From an uncultured Planctomycetales bacterium (GTDB lineage Bacteria > Omnitrophota > Gorgyraeia > Zapsychrales > Fredricksoniimonadaceae): a stretch of DNA of 64,000 nucleotides. The first letter of the stretch is position 1, and each line of letters begins with the position of its first letter. The notes below the pieces were generated by a model, which was given only the letters and a program-made list of their open reading frames with translations, was not told the DNA's origin and did not search any database. The position numbers and the translations under genes are program-made. The stretch lies in NCBI GenBank assembly GCA_964583975.1, contig CAZOXU010000002.1:48667-112666 (forward strand), written 5' to 3'. This document shows positions 8,904-18,784 of this stretch, piece by piece.

Positions 8904-9847
8904 TTTAAAACATCCTTCGTATGATAACTGATAATAATATCCGCTCCTGCTCTTTTCATAGATAAGAGACTTTCTAAAACTACATCTTTTTCATTAATCC
9001 ATCCCTTTTGACTTGCTGCCTTAATCATAGAATATTCTCCACTGACATTATAAGCAACAATGGGAACCGTAAGCTTACGACGAAGCATGTTGACAATATC
9101 TAAATACGCCAAAGCTGGCTTGACCATGACCATGTCCGCTCCCTCTTCAACATCTAAAAAGGCTTCTTTGAGTGCTTCGCGGGAGTTAGCTGGATTCATC
9201 TGATAGGTTTTTCGATCACCGAACTGGGCCGCTGAGTGGGCAGCCTCGCGAAAAGGACCATAAAAAGCAGAAGCGTATTTAACAGTATAAGAAAGAATTC
9301 CTGTATCCTTAAGATTATTCTTATTCAATGCTTCACGTATAACTCTAACTCGATAATCCATCATATCCGAGGGAGCCACCCAATCTGCTCCAGCCTGGGC
9401 ATGGCAAAGAGCCATTTTAGTCAAAACTGGTAAAGTTTTATCATTATCTATGAAATTTCCATTTAAAATCCCACAATGCCCATGATTGGTATAGGCGCAT
9501 AGGCAAACGTCTGTAGCCACAAGAAATTCAGGAAAATATTTCTTTATACTTCGAATGGCACTAGGAATAGCTCCTTTAGGATTATAAGAATTCTTAGCCA
9601 AAGGATCTTTTAAACTAGACAAACCAAACAATACTCCTGCTTTACCACCCAAACGAATATAGGATTCAATTTCTTTAAGCAAAAGATCTACAGAGAATCG
9701 TTTAATTCCTGGCATAGAAGCTATAATCTCTTCTTTATTCTTACCTTCCAATACAAAAAAAGGCTGCCATAAGTCATTTTTAGTTAAATGATGTTCTTGC
9801 ACAAATCCCCTAATTCTCTCAAATCGTAATCGACGATAGTGTCTCAT
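8894..9847 (-). CDS. hemB: Porphobilinogen synthase (delta-aminolevulinate dehydratase).
   Basis: The start MRHYRRLRFERIRGFVQEHHL aligns with HemB N-termini. The active-site region SAFYGPFREAA is present. The ORF track extends to 9925, but that extension overlaps the upstream gene. Confidence 0.85.
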   Translation of the reverse strand: MRHYRRLRFERIRGFVQEHHLTKNDLWQPFFVLEGKNKEEIIASMPGIKRFSVDLLLKEIESYIRLGGKAGVLFGLSSLKDPLAKNSYNPKGAIPSAIRSIKKYFPEFLVATDVCLCAYTNHGHCGILNGNFIDNDKTLPVLTKMALCHAQAGADWVAPSDMMDYRVRVIREALNKNNLKDTGILSYTVKYASAFYGPFREAAHSAAQFGDRKTYQMNPANSREALKEAFLDVEEGADMVMVKPALAYLDIVNMLRRKLTVPIVAYNVSGEYSMIKAASQKGWINEKDVVLESLLSMKRAGADIIISYHTKDVLKWL

Positions 9848-11871
9848 ATATTTATAACATGTGGTTGATATCCAGCCTCTTCTACAGCTCCTGCAGTCAC
9901 GGGACCTTTGGCATAAATCTGCCAAGAAGTGGGTATTGTAACATAATCTTCGAGAAAATTATGAAAAGTTGAAGGACTGGTAAAAATAATCCCTTCAATA
10001 GGATCCAAAGGCAATGGACGTTTAGGAATCTTAATGTTTTCATAGATGGTCCATTCTTTAACATTGGCCCCTTTTTCTTCCAAGGATTTTCTTAAGAATG
10101 GATTTGGCAATGAGGAGCGTGGCAATAAAATGATTTTGTCCTTTATAGTCATTACACGTGATATCAAATTGTAAAGACCTTGGGCCGTTTCCTGAGAAGA
10201 TATGATCTGTGCTGCTAGACCAAAATCCTCTAAAACTTCAGCTGTAGCTCGTCCGATAACGGCATATATCTTTTGGCGTACGTTATTAGCTGATTTAAGA
10301 CCTAAAATGACACGGACAAAATGTTCTGCTGCATTAGGGCTGGTTAAAACCACAAAATCACTTTGATCAAAATCTGTAATTATATTTTTTTTGTCTTGCT
10401 CGTTAAAAACGATAGGTTGAATTTTAATCATAGGCCAAGATATGATTTGACCCAAATGTGTATATTTTTCTGGATGCGTGCCACAGTGTAATAACAGCTT
10501 CTCTGCTTCTTTTTGATAAAAATTAACCGTATCACCCGCCACAATTAAGGCTGGCGCTTGTAATGATGCTAAAAAAACTTTCTTTTCAATATCAGCTAAA
10601 GAACCCGAAATAACCTTCTGATTAAACTTGGTCCCATTACTAATAATCATAATAGATTTTGTTTTTTCCCAACCAGCCTTAAGCAGAGACTGAATAATTT
10701 GTCTAAGTCTACTTAAACCCATTAAAAACACAATTGTGTCAGTCTGAGGAATTTCAATATCCTTATCGCTCGAATCATTTTCTGATTCGCCATATCCACT
10801 CACAAAAGCAACCGAAGACGATACTCCTCTAGCTGTTAAAGGCACCCCGAGCATTGATGGAATACTGGTCGCAGAGCTTACACCCGGCACAACATGCACA
10901 GGAATATGGTAGGAACGTAAATAAGTAATTTCATCAGCTCCTCGTCCAAAAATCAAAGGATCTCCTCCTTTAAGACGAACAACCTTTAAGCCCTGCATTG
11001 CTTTTTCTTTTAATTGCTGACAAAGCTTTTCTTGGGAAAGCGTGTGATGTCCTTTGCGTTTACCAACGTAGATATGTTCCGCATTAGGAGCATATTTTAA
11101 TAAAGAGTGATCTAAAAGATAATCATAAAATACACAGTCTGCACCTTTAAGAATTTCAATAGCTTTAAGTGTGATGAGTTGTGGATCTCCTGGGCCAGCC
11201 CCTACCAAAAAAACTTCACCATAACTTCGCCGAACATCAATACTTTCAAAGAATTTCTGGGTTTGCCAATCATCCGACCGTCCCACTACCGCCAGCTGTC
11301 CTTGTAAAGGTGTTGCTTCCCAAGGCAGAACGCTTTGAATAAGGCTCTCTAAGCCTAAACGTTTTAAGGCACATGTAGCTACAATTAAGCCATCTACCTT
11401 CTTATTACGTAAGATATCTAATCGTTCTTGAATGGTTCCACGAATATCCACTAAATGGACATCAGGTTTTAAAACTTTAATCATTTCTCCTCGCAACAGA
11501 CTACTTGTACCAATTCTTGCCCCTTGAGGTAAATTCTCAATAGAATACTCTGATACCCAAGCATCTGTATCATCTGAGGCTTTGGTTAAAGCAAAAACCT
11601 TCAGTCCTGGAAGCAGTTTCTTAGGCAAGTCTTTGGCACTATGAATGGCTATATCGATTTCTTTTTTTAAAAGAGCAGCATCTAGACTATCGGTAAAGAA
11701 ATTATCACTTGGGTTTGATGTTAAAGGAGTTTTCTTATCAAAATCTCCTTGGGTGGAGAATTTAATTAACTCATATTCAAAAGGACTTTTGGGCAACAAA
11801 GCAAGAATTTCTTGAACTTGAATTTGAGCCAAAGGACTTTGACGAGATCCAATTTTTAAACGTAAAGACAT
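9844..11871 (-). CDS. Tri-domain fusion. HemC-like N-terminal module (domains 1-2 only) + uroporphyrinogen-III C-methyltransferase (CobA/SUMT) + uroporphyrinogen-III synthase (HemD).
   Basis: N-terminus: GSRQSPLAQIQ and HSAKDLP (HemC catalytic Arg and Asp). It stops about 18 aa after the GRSDD motif, so domain 3 with the cofactor Cys is missing. Middle: VFLVGAGPGDPQLITLKAIEIL...VPGVSS (SUMT). C-terminus: HemD-like, about 220 aa. Confidence 0.8.
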   Translation of the reverse strand: MSLRLKIGSRQSPLAQIQVQEILALLPKSPFEYELIKFSTQGDFDKKTPLTSNPSDNFFTDSLDAALLKKEIDIAIHSAKDLPKKLLPGLKVFALTKASDDTDAWVSEYSIENLPQGARIGTSSLLRGEMIKVLKPDVHLVDIRGTIQERLDILRNKKVDGLIVATCALKRLGLESLIQSVLPWEATPLQGQLAVVGRSDDWQTQKFFESIDVRRSYGEVFLVGAGPGDPQLITLKAIEILKGADCVFYDYLLDHSLLKYAPNAEHIYVGKRKGHHTLSQEKLCQQLKEKAMQGLKVVRLKGGDPLIFGRGADEITYLRSYHIPVHVVPGVSSATSIPSMLGVPLTARGVSSSVAFVSGYGESENDSSDKDIEIPQTDTIVFLMGLSRLRQIIQSLLKAGWEKTKSIMIISNGTKFNQKVISGSLADIEKKVFLASLQAPALIVAGDTVNFYQKEAEKLLLHCGTHPEKYTHLGQIISWPMIKIQPIVFNEQDKKNIITDFDQSDFVVLTSPNAAEHFVRVILGLKSANNVRQKIYAVIGRATAEVLEDFGLAAQIISSQETAQGLYNLISRVMTIKDKIILLPRSSLPNPFLRKSLEEKGANVKEWTIYENIKIPKRPLPLDPIEGIIFTSPSTFHNFLEDYVTIPTSWQIYAKGPVTAGAVEEAGYQPHVINI

Positions 11872-11892
11872 GAAGATATTATAGAAAAGGTT

Positions 11893-14025
11893 TTATCTTT
11901 TGACTAGGGCTTTAATGGCAGGTAGGTGTGTTAAAGCAGCTTCCTCGCCTCTGGCAATCAGCTTCTGTACTTCATAAAGCTCAAACCAATTAATTCCCTT
12001 TAAATCAGGGTGAATTAGTACGTCTGCTTGTTTGCTGCTGGCTTCTGCCAGAATATATTCGGATGCTTGTAAAGTGCAAACAATGATATCTGCAATATTA
12101 GGCGTAAAAGCCTTTCCAATAAAACGCCCCAAGCGAAATGTAACAAAGGCTAATGGATCAACTTTAAAAGAGATTTTCTCTTGTTGTTTCATATGCTCAT
12201 TATGTAAATCCTGACTCCAAGCTACTTCTTGAGGCGATTGAAGTACATTAACAGCAATGATTTTCCTAACTCCCATATCCACTAATACATTGGTTGGTAA
12301 AGGATTTAAAACTCCGCCATCAATAATTAAACGATTTTCTGTTGTGATAGGACGAAGGACCCCTGGAATAGCAATGCTTTGATGAACCGCTTCAACTAAT
12401 GATCCTGTATCAATAACAATTTCTTCTCTACGATGTAGATCATAGGCTACAGCTTTAAAAGGAATCTTGGAATCATGAAAGGTTCTATCTCCTAATTTAC
12501 CCCATAACCAACGATTAATAGCTTGTCCTCTAACCAAACCTGATATAGGAAGAGCTAAAGGAACAAGTAGAAACATACATAAAAAAGCTAAGACATATAA
12601 ATGAAATATAACCAATAATAACATAATCAATAAAACAGTAAGCGCACGTTCAAAAGGAGGATCAAATATAGACAGCATTCCTGATTTTTTCTCAAATTCG
12701 CGGGCAAATTTCTCTAATTCGTCAGCGTTATACCCAACTGACCATAAACTGCCAATTAAAGCTCCCATACTGCTTCCTACAATCACATCTACTGGAATCT
12801 TTTCTTGTTCCAAAATACGAATTATGCCAACGTGAGCTAAACCTAAGGCTGCCCCACCTCCTAAAACCAAGCCAATGAGAGAGCCGCTAATTTGCCTGCT
12901 TAATCTTTGCAAAACCAAAGCATACTCACTGTGGGGATCAACCTTCACAATAGAAAAACCATTGAACACAATCTGGGAATCATATTCTGTAGGCTTTAAA
13001 GAAGGTAATTTAAAAAACACATCATAATTCAATATTTTCTTAATCTCGTCAGGAGTTAGGTCGTCCCCCTTCACACCACCGATAAGAACTTGAACCTTAT
13101 CGGTTTGAAATCGATCCTTAAGCTGTTGTGATAAATCGTCAATCACACAGCGGGTTAACCCAAGATCATATTCTCTTTCTAGTGTCATCAAATGAACAAT
13201 ATCGCTTTGAACTAAAGCTTTTAAAACAATATTGTCCAATTGATTGGGAAGATCAAAAATAATATAGCTGTAATCATTGACCGGAGAACTAATCAATTGA
13301 CCGATCCGAGGAAGAATTCCTTGATCGGCAGCATCAAATTTAACAGCTAACACATCTAAATTAAGTTTCTCTTTTTGAATAGCGGCTGAAATTTTCTGGT
13401 GGTCATAAACAATATCAGTCATGTTAACCAATGGGGCATTCAGGTCAGAGCTTAAACTGATCAATAGAACTTTTTTATCCGTTTGATTTCTTAATGTTAA
13501 GGCTAAATTAGCCGCGTAAGTCGAGCTGCCTGTTCCCTTCACAGGAGCATAGACAGAAATAATTGTACATTCCTGGGTATTGCGTACCCCTGTGGAATGG
13601 CTTCTGATTCTTTGTGAAAGGCTTTGACTTAAAGCTACTGCTAATTTGGGAATAGTTTTTAATAAGGCTGCAAAAGCATCTTTATCAATTTTTACTACCA
13701 CGGAATCATTGATAGCTTCATAGGTATGCGTATGATTTTCACCTGTTAAGGTAGAGATAATTCCAAAGTGCATGCCTCGAAGGATAAAATCTACATCTTC
13801 TTTCTGACCTGCAGAATTAATGGCATAAGAATAAATTCGACCGGTAACCACCGCATAAAAAGCATCAGCAGGATCACCTTTTTTACAGATAATATCACCC
13901 TTATTAAAATCAACTACGTCTACCCGACGAGATATGCGGTTTAATTCAAACCAGTTAAGTCCAGAAAAAAGAGGAATCTGTTTAATAACAGCTAATTTAT
14001 TAAAAAATGAAGGCAAAGCGGTCAT
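11893..14025 (-). CDS. Cyclic-nucleotide-binding domain / degenerate ParA-MinD-like domain / patatin-like phospholipase protein (NTE-like).
   Basis: An N-terminal cNMP-binding (CAP-like) domain. A middle domain ISVYAPVKGTGSSTYAANLALTL...KVLLISLS that looks like a P-loop ATPase lacking the Walker Lys. Patatin motifs GLVLGGGAALG (GxGxxG), GSSMG (GxSxG) and DGGV (catalytic Asp). There are hydrophobic inserts. Confidence 0.75.
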   Translation of the reverse strand: MTALPSFFNKLAVIKQIPLFSGLNWFELNRISRRVDVVDFNKGDIICKKGDPADAFYAVVTGRIYSYAINSAGQKEDVDFILRGMHFGIISTLTGENHTHTYEAINDSVVVKIDKDAFAALLKTIPKLAVALSQSLSQRIRSHSTGVRNTQECTIISVYAPVKGTGSSTYAANLALTLRNQTDKKVLLISLSSDLNAPLVNMTDIVYDHQKISAAIQKEKLNLDVLAVKFDAADQGILPRIGQLISSPVNDYSYIIFDLPNQLDNIVLKALVQSDIVHLMTLEREYDLGLTRCVIDDLSQQLKDRFQTDKVQVLIGGVKGDDLTPDEIKKILNYDVFFKLPSLKPTEYDSQIVFNGFSIVKVDPHSEYALVLQRLSRQISGSLIGLVLGGGAALGLAHVGIIRILEQEKIPVDVIVGSSMGALIGSLWSVGYNADELEKFAREFEKKSGMLSIFDPPFERALTVLLIMLLLVIFHLYVLAFLCMFLLVPLALPISGLVRGQAINRWLWGKLGDRTFHDSKIPFKAVAYDLHRREEIVIDTGSLVEAVHQSIAIPGVLRPITTENRLIIDGGVLNPLPTNVLVDMGVRKIIAVNVLQSPQEVAWSQDLHNEHMKQQEKISFKVDPLAFVTFRLGRFIGKAFTPNIADIIVCTLQASEYILAEASSKQADVLIHPDLKGINWFELYEVQKLIARGEEAALTHLPAIKALVKR

Positions 14026-15875
14026 TTAATGATCTCATTTTCCATCCACTCAAATTCACGAGCGAGAATTTTCTTAGCAATTTTCAAATCCGCAACATCA
14101 TTATTGCAAGAGCTATTGCTAAACGTATTTTCAATACGCTTACGTGATTGAATACAGAAACTATTGGCCAAATCCAAAGCATTATCTTGACCATTTTTCT
14201 TCAGCACCGCTGCATAAGAACATACCGCAGAAATAGCAAAAAGTTCTGTACCAATATCAACAACGCGATTGAGAATGCTTTGTTTACTTTCTAATTTTTG
14301 TTGATACATCATCATTTTATGAAAGGTCCCTCTTGCTAAGCGTTTACTGGCAGACTGAACATAGGTCATATGTTCATTCAACGGATGTGGCAAGTTAGCA
14401 ATATTAGAAGGAGTTAAAGAAGGTAACCACAGTTTAGGATACCAAAATGCATAGTAGATGCCCATTTTAAGAGCAGCTGCGAGCTTTGTTCCAATAGGAA
14501 CTCTTCCACTGATCAAAGGTTTAATTTTAGATAAATGTGGATCCAAAGCCTCACGAGCAATAAACAAATGCATGATATCTGTTGTGCCTTCGATAATACG
14601 ATTAATGCGCAAATCACGTAAAACTCGTTCTACTGGCCAATAATCTGTGCCCCGTTTACGCAATGAAGAAGAAATTTCATATCCTGATCCCCCTCTGATT
14701 TGCAAAGTCTCATCAGCTATTAACCATGATATCTCAGTACAGAAGAATTTAGCAATAGCAGCTTCAAGACGAATGTCCTTATGTTTATCATCAGCCATTG
14801 CTGAAGTAAGCCATGTGATAGCTTCCATAGCAAAGGTGTGAGAAGCGATATAGGATAATTTCAAAGCCACAGCTTCATGTTCGCCAATCGCACTTCCCCA
14901 TTGATGACGCTTAGTAGACCATTGCCGTGACACATTTAAACACCATTTACCAATACCTACCGAAGCAGCTGGGAGAGTTAAACGTCCTGTATTAAGCGTC
15001 ATCAAAGCTAATTTAAGTCCATCCCCTAACCCAAGGATGATGTTTTCTTTAGGAACTTTAACATCCTTGAATCGTATAAGACCGTTTTGAATGCCATGCA
15101 AGCCCATGAATTGGCAGCGATGAATTTTCTCAATCCCAGGGGTTGTTGTTTCAACGATAAAAGCAGTGATTTGTTTAATTTCTTTACCCTTTACAATTTT
15201 GGGAGGTGTAACAGCCATAACAACTAAAACATCGGCAATAAGACCGTTCGTACACCACAGTTTTTCTCCATTAATGAGATAGTGATTTCCATCTTCGGTT
15301 GGAGTAGCTGTTGTTGTCATTTGTCGAGGATCAGAACCAACAGAAGGTTCCGTTAAAGCAAAGGCTGAGATAGCGCCTTTAGCAAACATCGGCAAGAATT
15401 TCTTTTTTTGTTCTGGTGTACCAAAAAGTTTCAAAGGTTGAGGAACGCCGATACTTTGATGCGCTGATAAAAGAACAGCGGTGGAGCCGCAATAGCTGGA
15501 AACCATATGCATAATGCGATTGTAATTATATTGGCTAAAACCCATTCCACCGTATTCTGTTGGAATCTTTAGTGCAAAGGCTTTTAATTCTGCCAAGCCT
15601 TTGTAGACTTTCTCAGGAATAAGACCCGTACGATCAACTTCATCAGGATCAAGATTTTCTTTGAGAAATTTCTCAATCTTAACTAAATATTCATCTCCCA
15701 GTTTCTTTTCTTGAGCGCTTTGTTCTGGAAATGGTGAAATAAGATCAAAGTCCACTTCCCCATGAAAAAGTTTAAGAGCAAAACTAGGGGCTTTCCATTC
15801 CATTTCACGCGCAGCTTCGGCAAACTCTAACGACTTAAGTTTTTCTTGGCTGATATTCTTATCAAACATGCTCAT
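14022..15875 (-). CDS. Acyl-CoA dehydrogenase, large FadE-like form.
   Basis: 617 aa. The ACAD N/M/C domains are recognisable (e.g. LTEPSVGSD, RGGSGYE). It overlaps the downstream patatin gene by 4 nt. Confidence 0.8.
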   Translation of the reverse strand: MSMFDKNISQEKLKSLEFAEAAREMEWKAPSFALKLFHGEVDFDLISPFPEQSAQEKKLGDEYLVKIEKFLKENLDPDEVDRTGLIPEKVYKGLAELKAFALKIPTEYGGMGFSQYNYNRIMHMVSSYCGSTAVLLSAHQSIGVPQPLKLFGTPEQKKKFLPMFAKGAISAFALTEPSVGSDPRQMTTTATPTEDGNHYLINGEKLWCTNGLIADVLVVMAVTPPKIVKGKEIKQITAFIVETTTPGIEKIHRCQFMGLHGIQNGLIRFKDVKVPKENIILGLGDGLKLALMTLNTGRLTLPAASVGIGKWCLNVSRQWSTKRHQWGSAIGEHEAVALKLSYIASHTFAMEAITWLTSAMADDKHKDIRLEAAIAKFFCTEISWLIADETLQIRGGSGYEISSSLRKRGTDYWPVERVLRDLRINRIIEGTTDIMHLFIAREALDPHLSKIKPLISGRVPIGTKLAAALKMGIYYAFWYPKLWLPSLTPSNIANLPHPLNEHMTYVQSASKRLARGTFHKMMMYQQKLESKQSILNRVVDIGTELFAISAVCSYAAVLKKNGQDNALDLANSFCIQSRKRIENTFSNSSCNNDVADLKIAKKILAREFEWMENEIIK

Positions 15876-16061
15876 AATAGCCTCCGGGTAGAAGATGTAT
15901 TAATATTTGATATAATTACACTTACAATAAATTATATATGCAGTATAAAGCAGCCAACTAAAAAAGCAATCATTAGTCAAAGTTTTTACGTCGAAAGTAT
16001 GGAAAAGTAAAATTCTCAATTTAATTGACAAAATACAAAGTCCCTATAAAATTCAAAACAT

Positions 16062-16580
16062 ATGAATAAAAACAAACCTTCCCTTTTAGAAACTATTTTT
16101 GAATCTTTCCTGTGGAAGTCCCGTCTAGTGGTTCTTTTAGCTGTTATATTCGGACTTTTAGGTTCAATGGCTTTATTTTTATCTGGAAGCTTTGAAATAT
16201 ACCACACGGTTACCCACATCTTTCCTGCTGGCGCAGAAGAACCAGACTACAATAAACTTTTGATTGGAATCATTGGTGCTGTAGATTTATATTTAATTGG
16301 AATTGTTCTGCTAATTTTCTCTTTTGGTATTTACGAATTATTCATATCTAGAATTGATCTTGCCCAAGGTTCGGAACGCAATATTCTTGAAATAGAAACC
16401 CTCGATGAATTAAAGAATAAACTCATCAAGGTTATTATCATGGTCTTGATTGTTAGTTTCTTTAAATCAGTTCTTAGCACAAACTTCCAAACCCCTACCG
16501 AAATTTTACAATTCGGCCTGGCCATCTTATGCGTAGCTGGCTGCACTTTCTTTATTCGTAAAATTGAAAAAGACGAATAA
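16062..16580 (+). CDS. YqhA-family (UPF0114) inner-membrane protein.
   Basis: MNKNKPSLLETIFESFLWKSRLVVLLAVIFGLLGSM; multi-TM; 172 aa. Confidence 0.7.
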   Translation: MNKNKPSLLETIFESFLWKSRLVVLLAVIFGLLGSMALFLSGSFEIYHTVTHIFPAGAEEPDYNKLLIGIIGAVDLYLIGIVLLIFSFGIYELFISRIDLAQGSERNILEIETLDELKNKLIKVIIMVLIVSFFKSVLSTNFQTPTEILQFGLAILCVAGCTFFIRKIEKDE

Positions 16581-16585
16581 TAATT

Positions 16586-16870
16586 TTATTGAATATATTT
16601 CTGGGCGAGATCTGGGATGTCTTCTTTACGCACTTGCGAATGCCAGACGTTCTCAGGATAGATCATAATGTTCACTCCTGTGGCGCATTGCCCCAGGCAT
16701 TTGGCTTGGGCCACACGGATCATGGGATGTAGTTTGCGTTCCTTGGCTATTTCACGTAATTGACGAAACACTTCTTCCCCCTGATGATCACCGCAAGAAG
16801 CCTTTTCACCGTTGGCATTATGTACACAAACAAAAATTTGACGCTTATAGGGAGTGTTTTTAGTTTCCAT
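16586..16870 (-). CDS. Thioredoxin-like [2Fe-2S] ferredoxin.
   Basis: 94 aa. Cys pattern ...ASCGDHQG...CLGQCATGVNIMIYP, typical of the NuoE/thioredoxin-like Fd family. Confidence 0.7.
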   Translation of the reverse strand: METKNTPYKRQIFVCVHNANGEKASCGDHQGEEVFRQLREIAKERKLHPMIRVAQAKCLGQCATGVNIMIYPENVWHSQVRKEDIPDLAQKYIQ

Positions 16871-17750
16871 GAAGTATTCTCCTTAAAACAATTCCATAGG
16901 TTATTTTAGGCATGAGCTGCCTCGCTTTAACTTCTAGCCAAGAGGAAAAATCTGAAACATATCTTAATTTAGGATTTTTGGTATGAACAATTTTCTCAAT
17001 TAAACAAGCCACATGCTCAGGGTTACGAGTCATACGCTTCTTTCGATTTTGAACCCAACCGTTAAGAGTCTGACTGACCTTGTAATAAGGACTGTTAGGA
17101 TTATCAAAATTCTTAGCGTATTGAGCATTCTCAGAAAATATTTTGGTAGGATACGAGCCTGGCTCGACCAGAACCACTCGAATCCCAAACAATGATAGTT
17201 CATGAAACAAGCTTTCTGAGAAAGCCTCCAAGGCCCATTTACTGGCATTATAAGCCCCAAAGGCTGGCGCAGCCGTTAAACCTGCAATACTTGACATGTT
17301 GATGATCATTCCAGCCTGATTAGCTCGCATCAAAGGAATCACCTGACGGCAGACATTTTGTACGCCAAAGAAATTGACATCCATCACATCGCGTAGCTGC
17401 TCTTGAGTTAAATCTTCAAAAAAACCGCCTAAACCATATCCGGCATTATTAATTACACAGTCTAAACGTTGATGGGTTTGTGCGATTTCTTCTACCACTG
17501 TTTTAATACTGCCTGGCTCGGTCACATCCAAAGCTCGAATCTGGACATGCCCTACACGCTTGGCAATCTCTTCACGAAGCGCTTGAGATTTATCTAAATT
17601 ACGCATCGTAGCATACACAATATGACCTTGGGCTGACAAACGAGCCGCTGTCAATAAACCAAAACCACTGGATGCACCTGTAATCAGAATAATTTTTTGG
17701 GAATGAGAATTTTGCATCAAATTTGCATTGATTTTTGGATCATCATGCAA
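16860..17750 (-). CDS. Short-chain dehydrogenase/reductase (SDR).
   Basis: ILITGASSGFGLLTAARL (TGxxxGxG), NNAG, and the YxxxK region (YNASKWAL). The true start is probably the Met at about 17717 (MQNSHSQ...). Confidence 0.8.
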   Translation of the reverse strand: MHDDPKINANLMQNSHSQKIILITGASSGFGLLTAARLSAQGHIVYATMRNLDKSQALREEIAKRVGHVQIRALDVTEPGSIKTVVEEIAQTHQRLDCVINNAGYGLGGFFEDLTQEQLRDVMDVNFFGVQNVCRQVIPLMRANQAGMIINMSSIAGLTAAPAFGAYNASKWALEAFSESLFHELSLFGIRVVLVEPGSYPTKIFSENAQYAKNFDNPNSPYYKVSQTLNGWVQNRKKRMTRNPEHVACLIEKIVHTKNPKLRYVSDFSSWLEVKARQLMPKITYGIVLRRILHGN

Positions 17751-18784
17751 TCAACCAGCGTTAAAGCAATCATGGCTTCAGCCACTGGAACAACTCGCGG
17801 CGCCAGACAAGGATCATGGCGACCTTTAACAATAACTTCTACTTCTTTGTTCTGCTCATTAAGCGTCTTTTGTGGTGTAGGAATAGATGACGGAGGTTTT
17901 AAAGCCATACGGATAAGAATATCTTCACCCGTTGAAATACCACCCATAATACCACCCGAATGATTGGTTGCGGTTCCTACGCGATCACCTTTAAGTATAA
18001 AACGATCATTATTCACCGAACCTTTTAACTGGCTGGCACCAAAGCCATCACCAAATTCAATACCTTTGACGGTTGCAATCGACATCAAGCCTAAAGCCAA
18101 ACGGGCATTAAGCTTATCGAAACAAGGATCTCCTAAACCTGCCGGAGTATTTTTGATAACACACTCTAAGACTGCCCCTAAAGAATCTCCGTTCTTGCGA
18201 GCTTCTTCAATTTTGGCAATCATCGCTTCAGCCACTTTAGCATCTGCAGTGCGTACAATATTTTGCTCAATGACATTAAAATCAATATTTTTGGCAACAA
18301 GATCAGCCACTGCCAAGGTATAGACATGGATCTGAACGTTGTGTTTAGCTAAAAGTTTCTTAGCCACAGCGCCTGCAGCCACACGTGAAGCTGTTTCACG
18401 ACCTGAAGAACGTCCACCACCTCTGTAATCACGAATTCCAAATTTGGTGAAGTAAGAAAAATCAGCATGTCCCGGGCGGAACACATCTTTAATGTTATCG
18501 TAATCCTTAGATCGCTGGTCTTCATTACGAATAAGCAAGGCTAAAGGAGCGCCAGTAGTCTTACCTTCAAATACTCCTGATAGAATTTCTACCTTATCAG
18601 CTTCCTGACGTTGAGTTGTAATCTTACTTTGGCCCGGACGTCGGCGATCTAGATCTTTTTGAATGTCTGCCTCGGTTAAAGGTAAAAGCGGTGGTACACC
18701 ATCGATCACAACACCAATAGCTGGCCCATGGCTCTCACCAAAGGTAGTCACTTTAAATAATTGTCCGAAAGTATTTCCTGCCAT
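17717..18784 (-). CDS. aroC: Chorismate synthase.
   Basis: MAGNTFGQLFKVTTFGESHGPAIGVVIDGVPP...; 355 aa. Confidence 0.9.
   Translation of the reverse strand: MAGNTFGQLFKVTTFGESHGPAIGVVIDGVPPLLPLTEADIQKDLDRRRPGQSKITTQRQEADKVEILSGVFEGKTTGAPLALLIRNEDQRSKDYDNIKDVFRPGHADFSYFTKFGIRDYRGGGRSSGRETASRVAAGAVAKKLLAKHNVQIHVYTLAVADLVAKNIDFNVIEQNIVRTADAKVAEAMIAKIEEARKNGDSLGAVLECVIKNTPAGLGDPCFDKLNARLALGLMSIATVKGIEFGDGFGASQLKGSVNNDRFILKGDRVGTATNHSGGIMGGISTGEDILIRMALKPPSSIPTPQKTLNEQNKEVEVIVKGRHDPCLAPRVVPVAEAMIALTLVDCMMIQKSMQI

Noticed and set aside
9848-9925. A 26-aa N-terminal extension of HemB (MADLCQRSRDCRSCRRGW...).
   Set aside because: It overlaps the 3' end of the upstream fusion gene. HemB homologs align from the internal Met (MRHYRRLRF...).
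11893-14025. Reading the cNMP-binding patatin protein as a CBASS/anti-phage effector.
   Set aside because: There is no CD-NTase, cyclase, SAVED/CARF or other defense-associated gene nearby. The flanking genes are lipid- and heme-metabolic, and the gene is translationally coupled to an acyl-CoA dehydrogenase.
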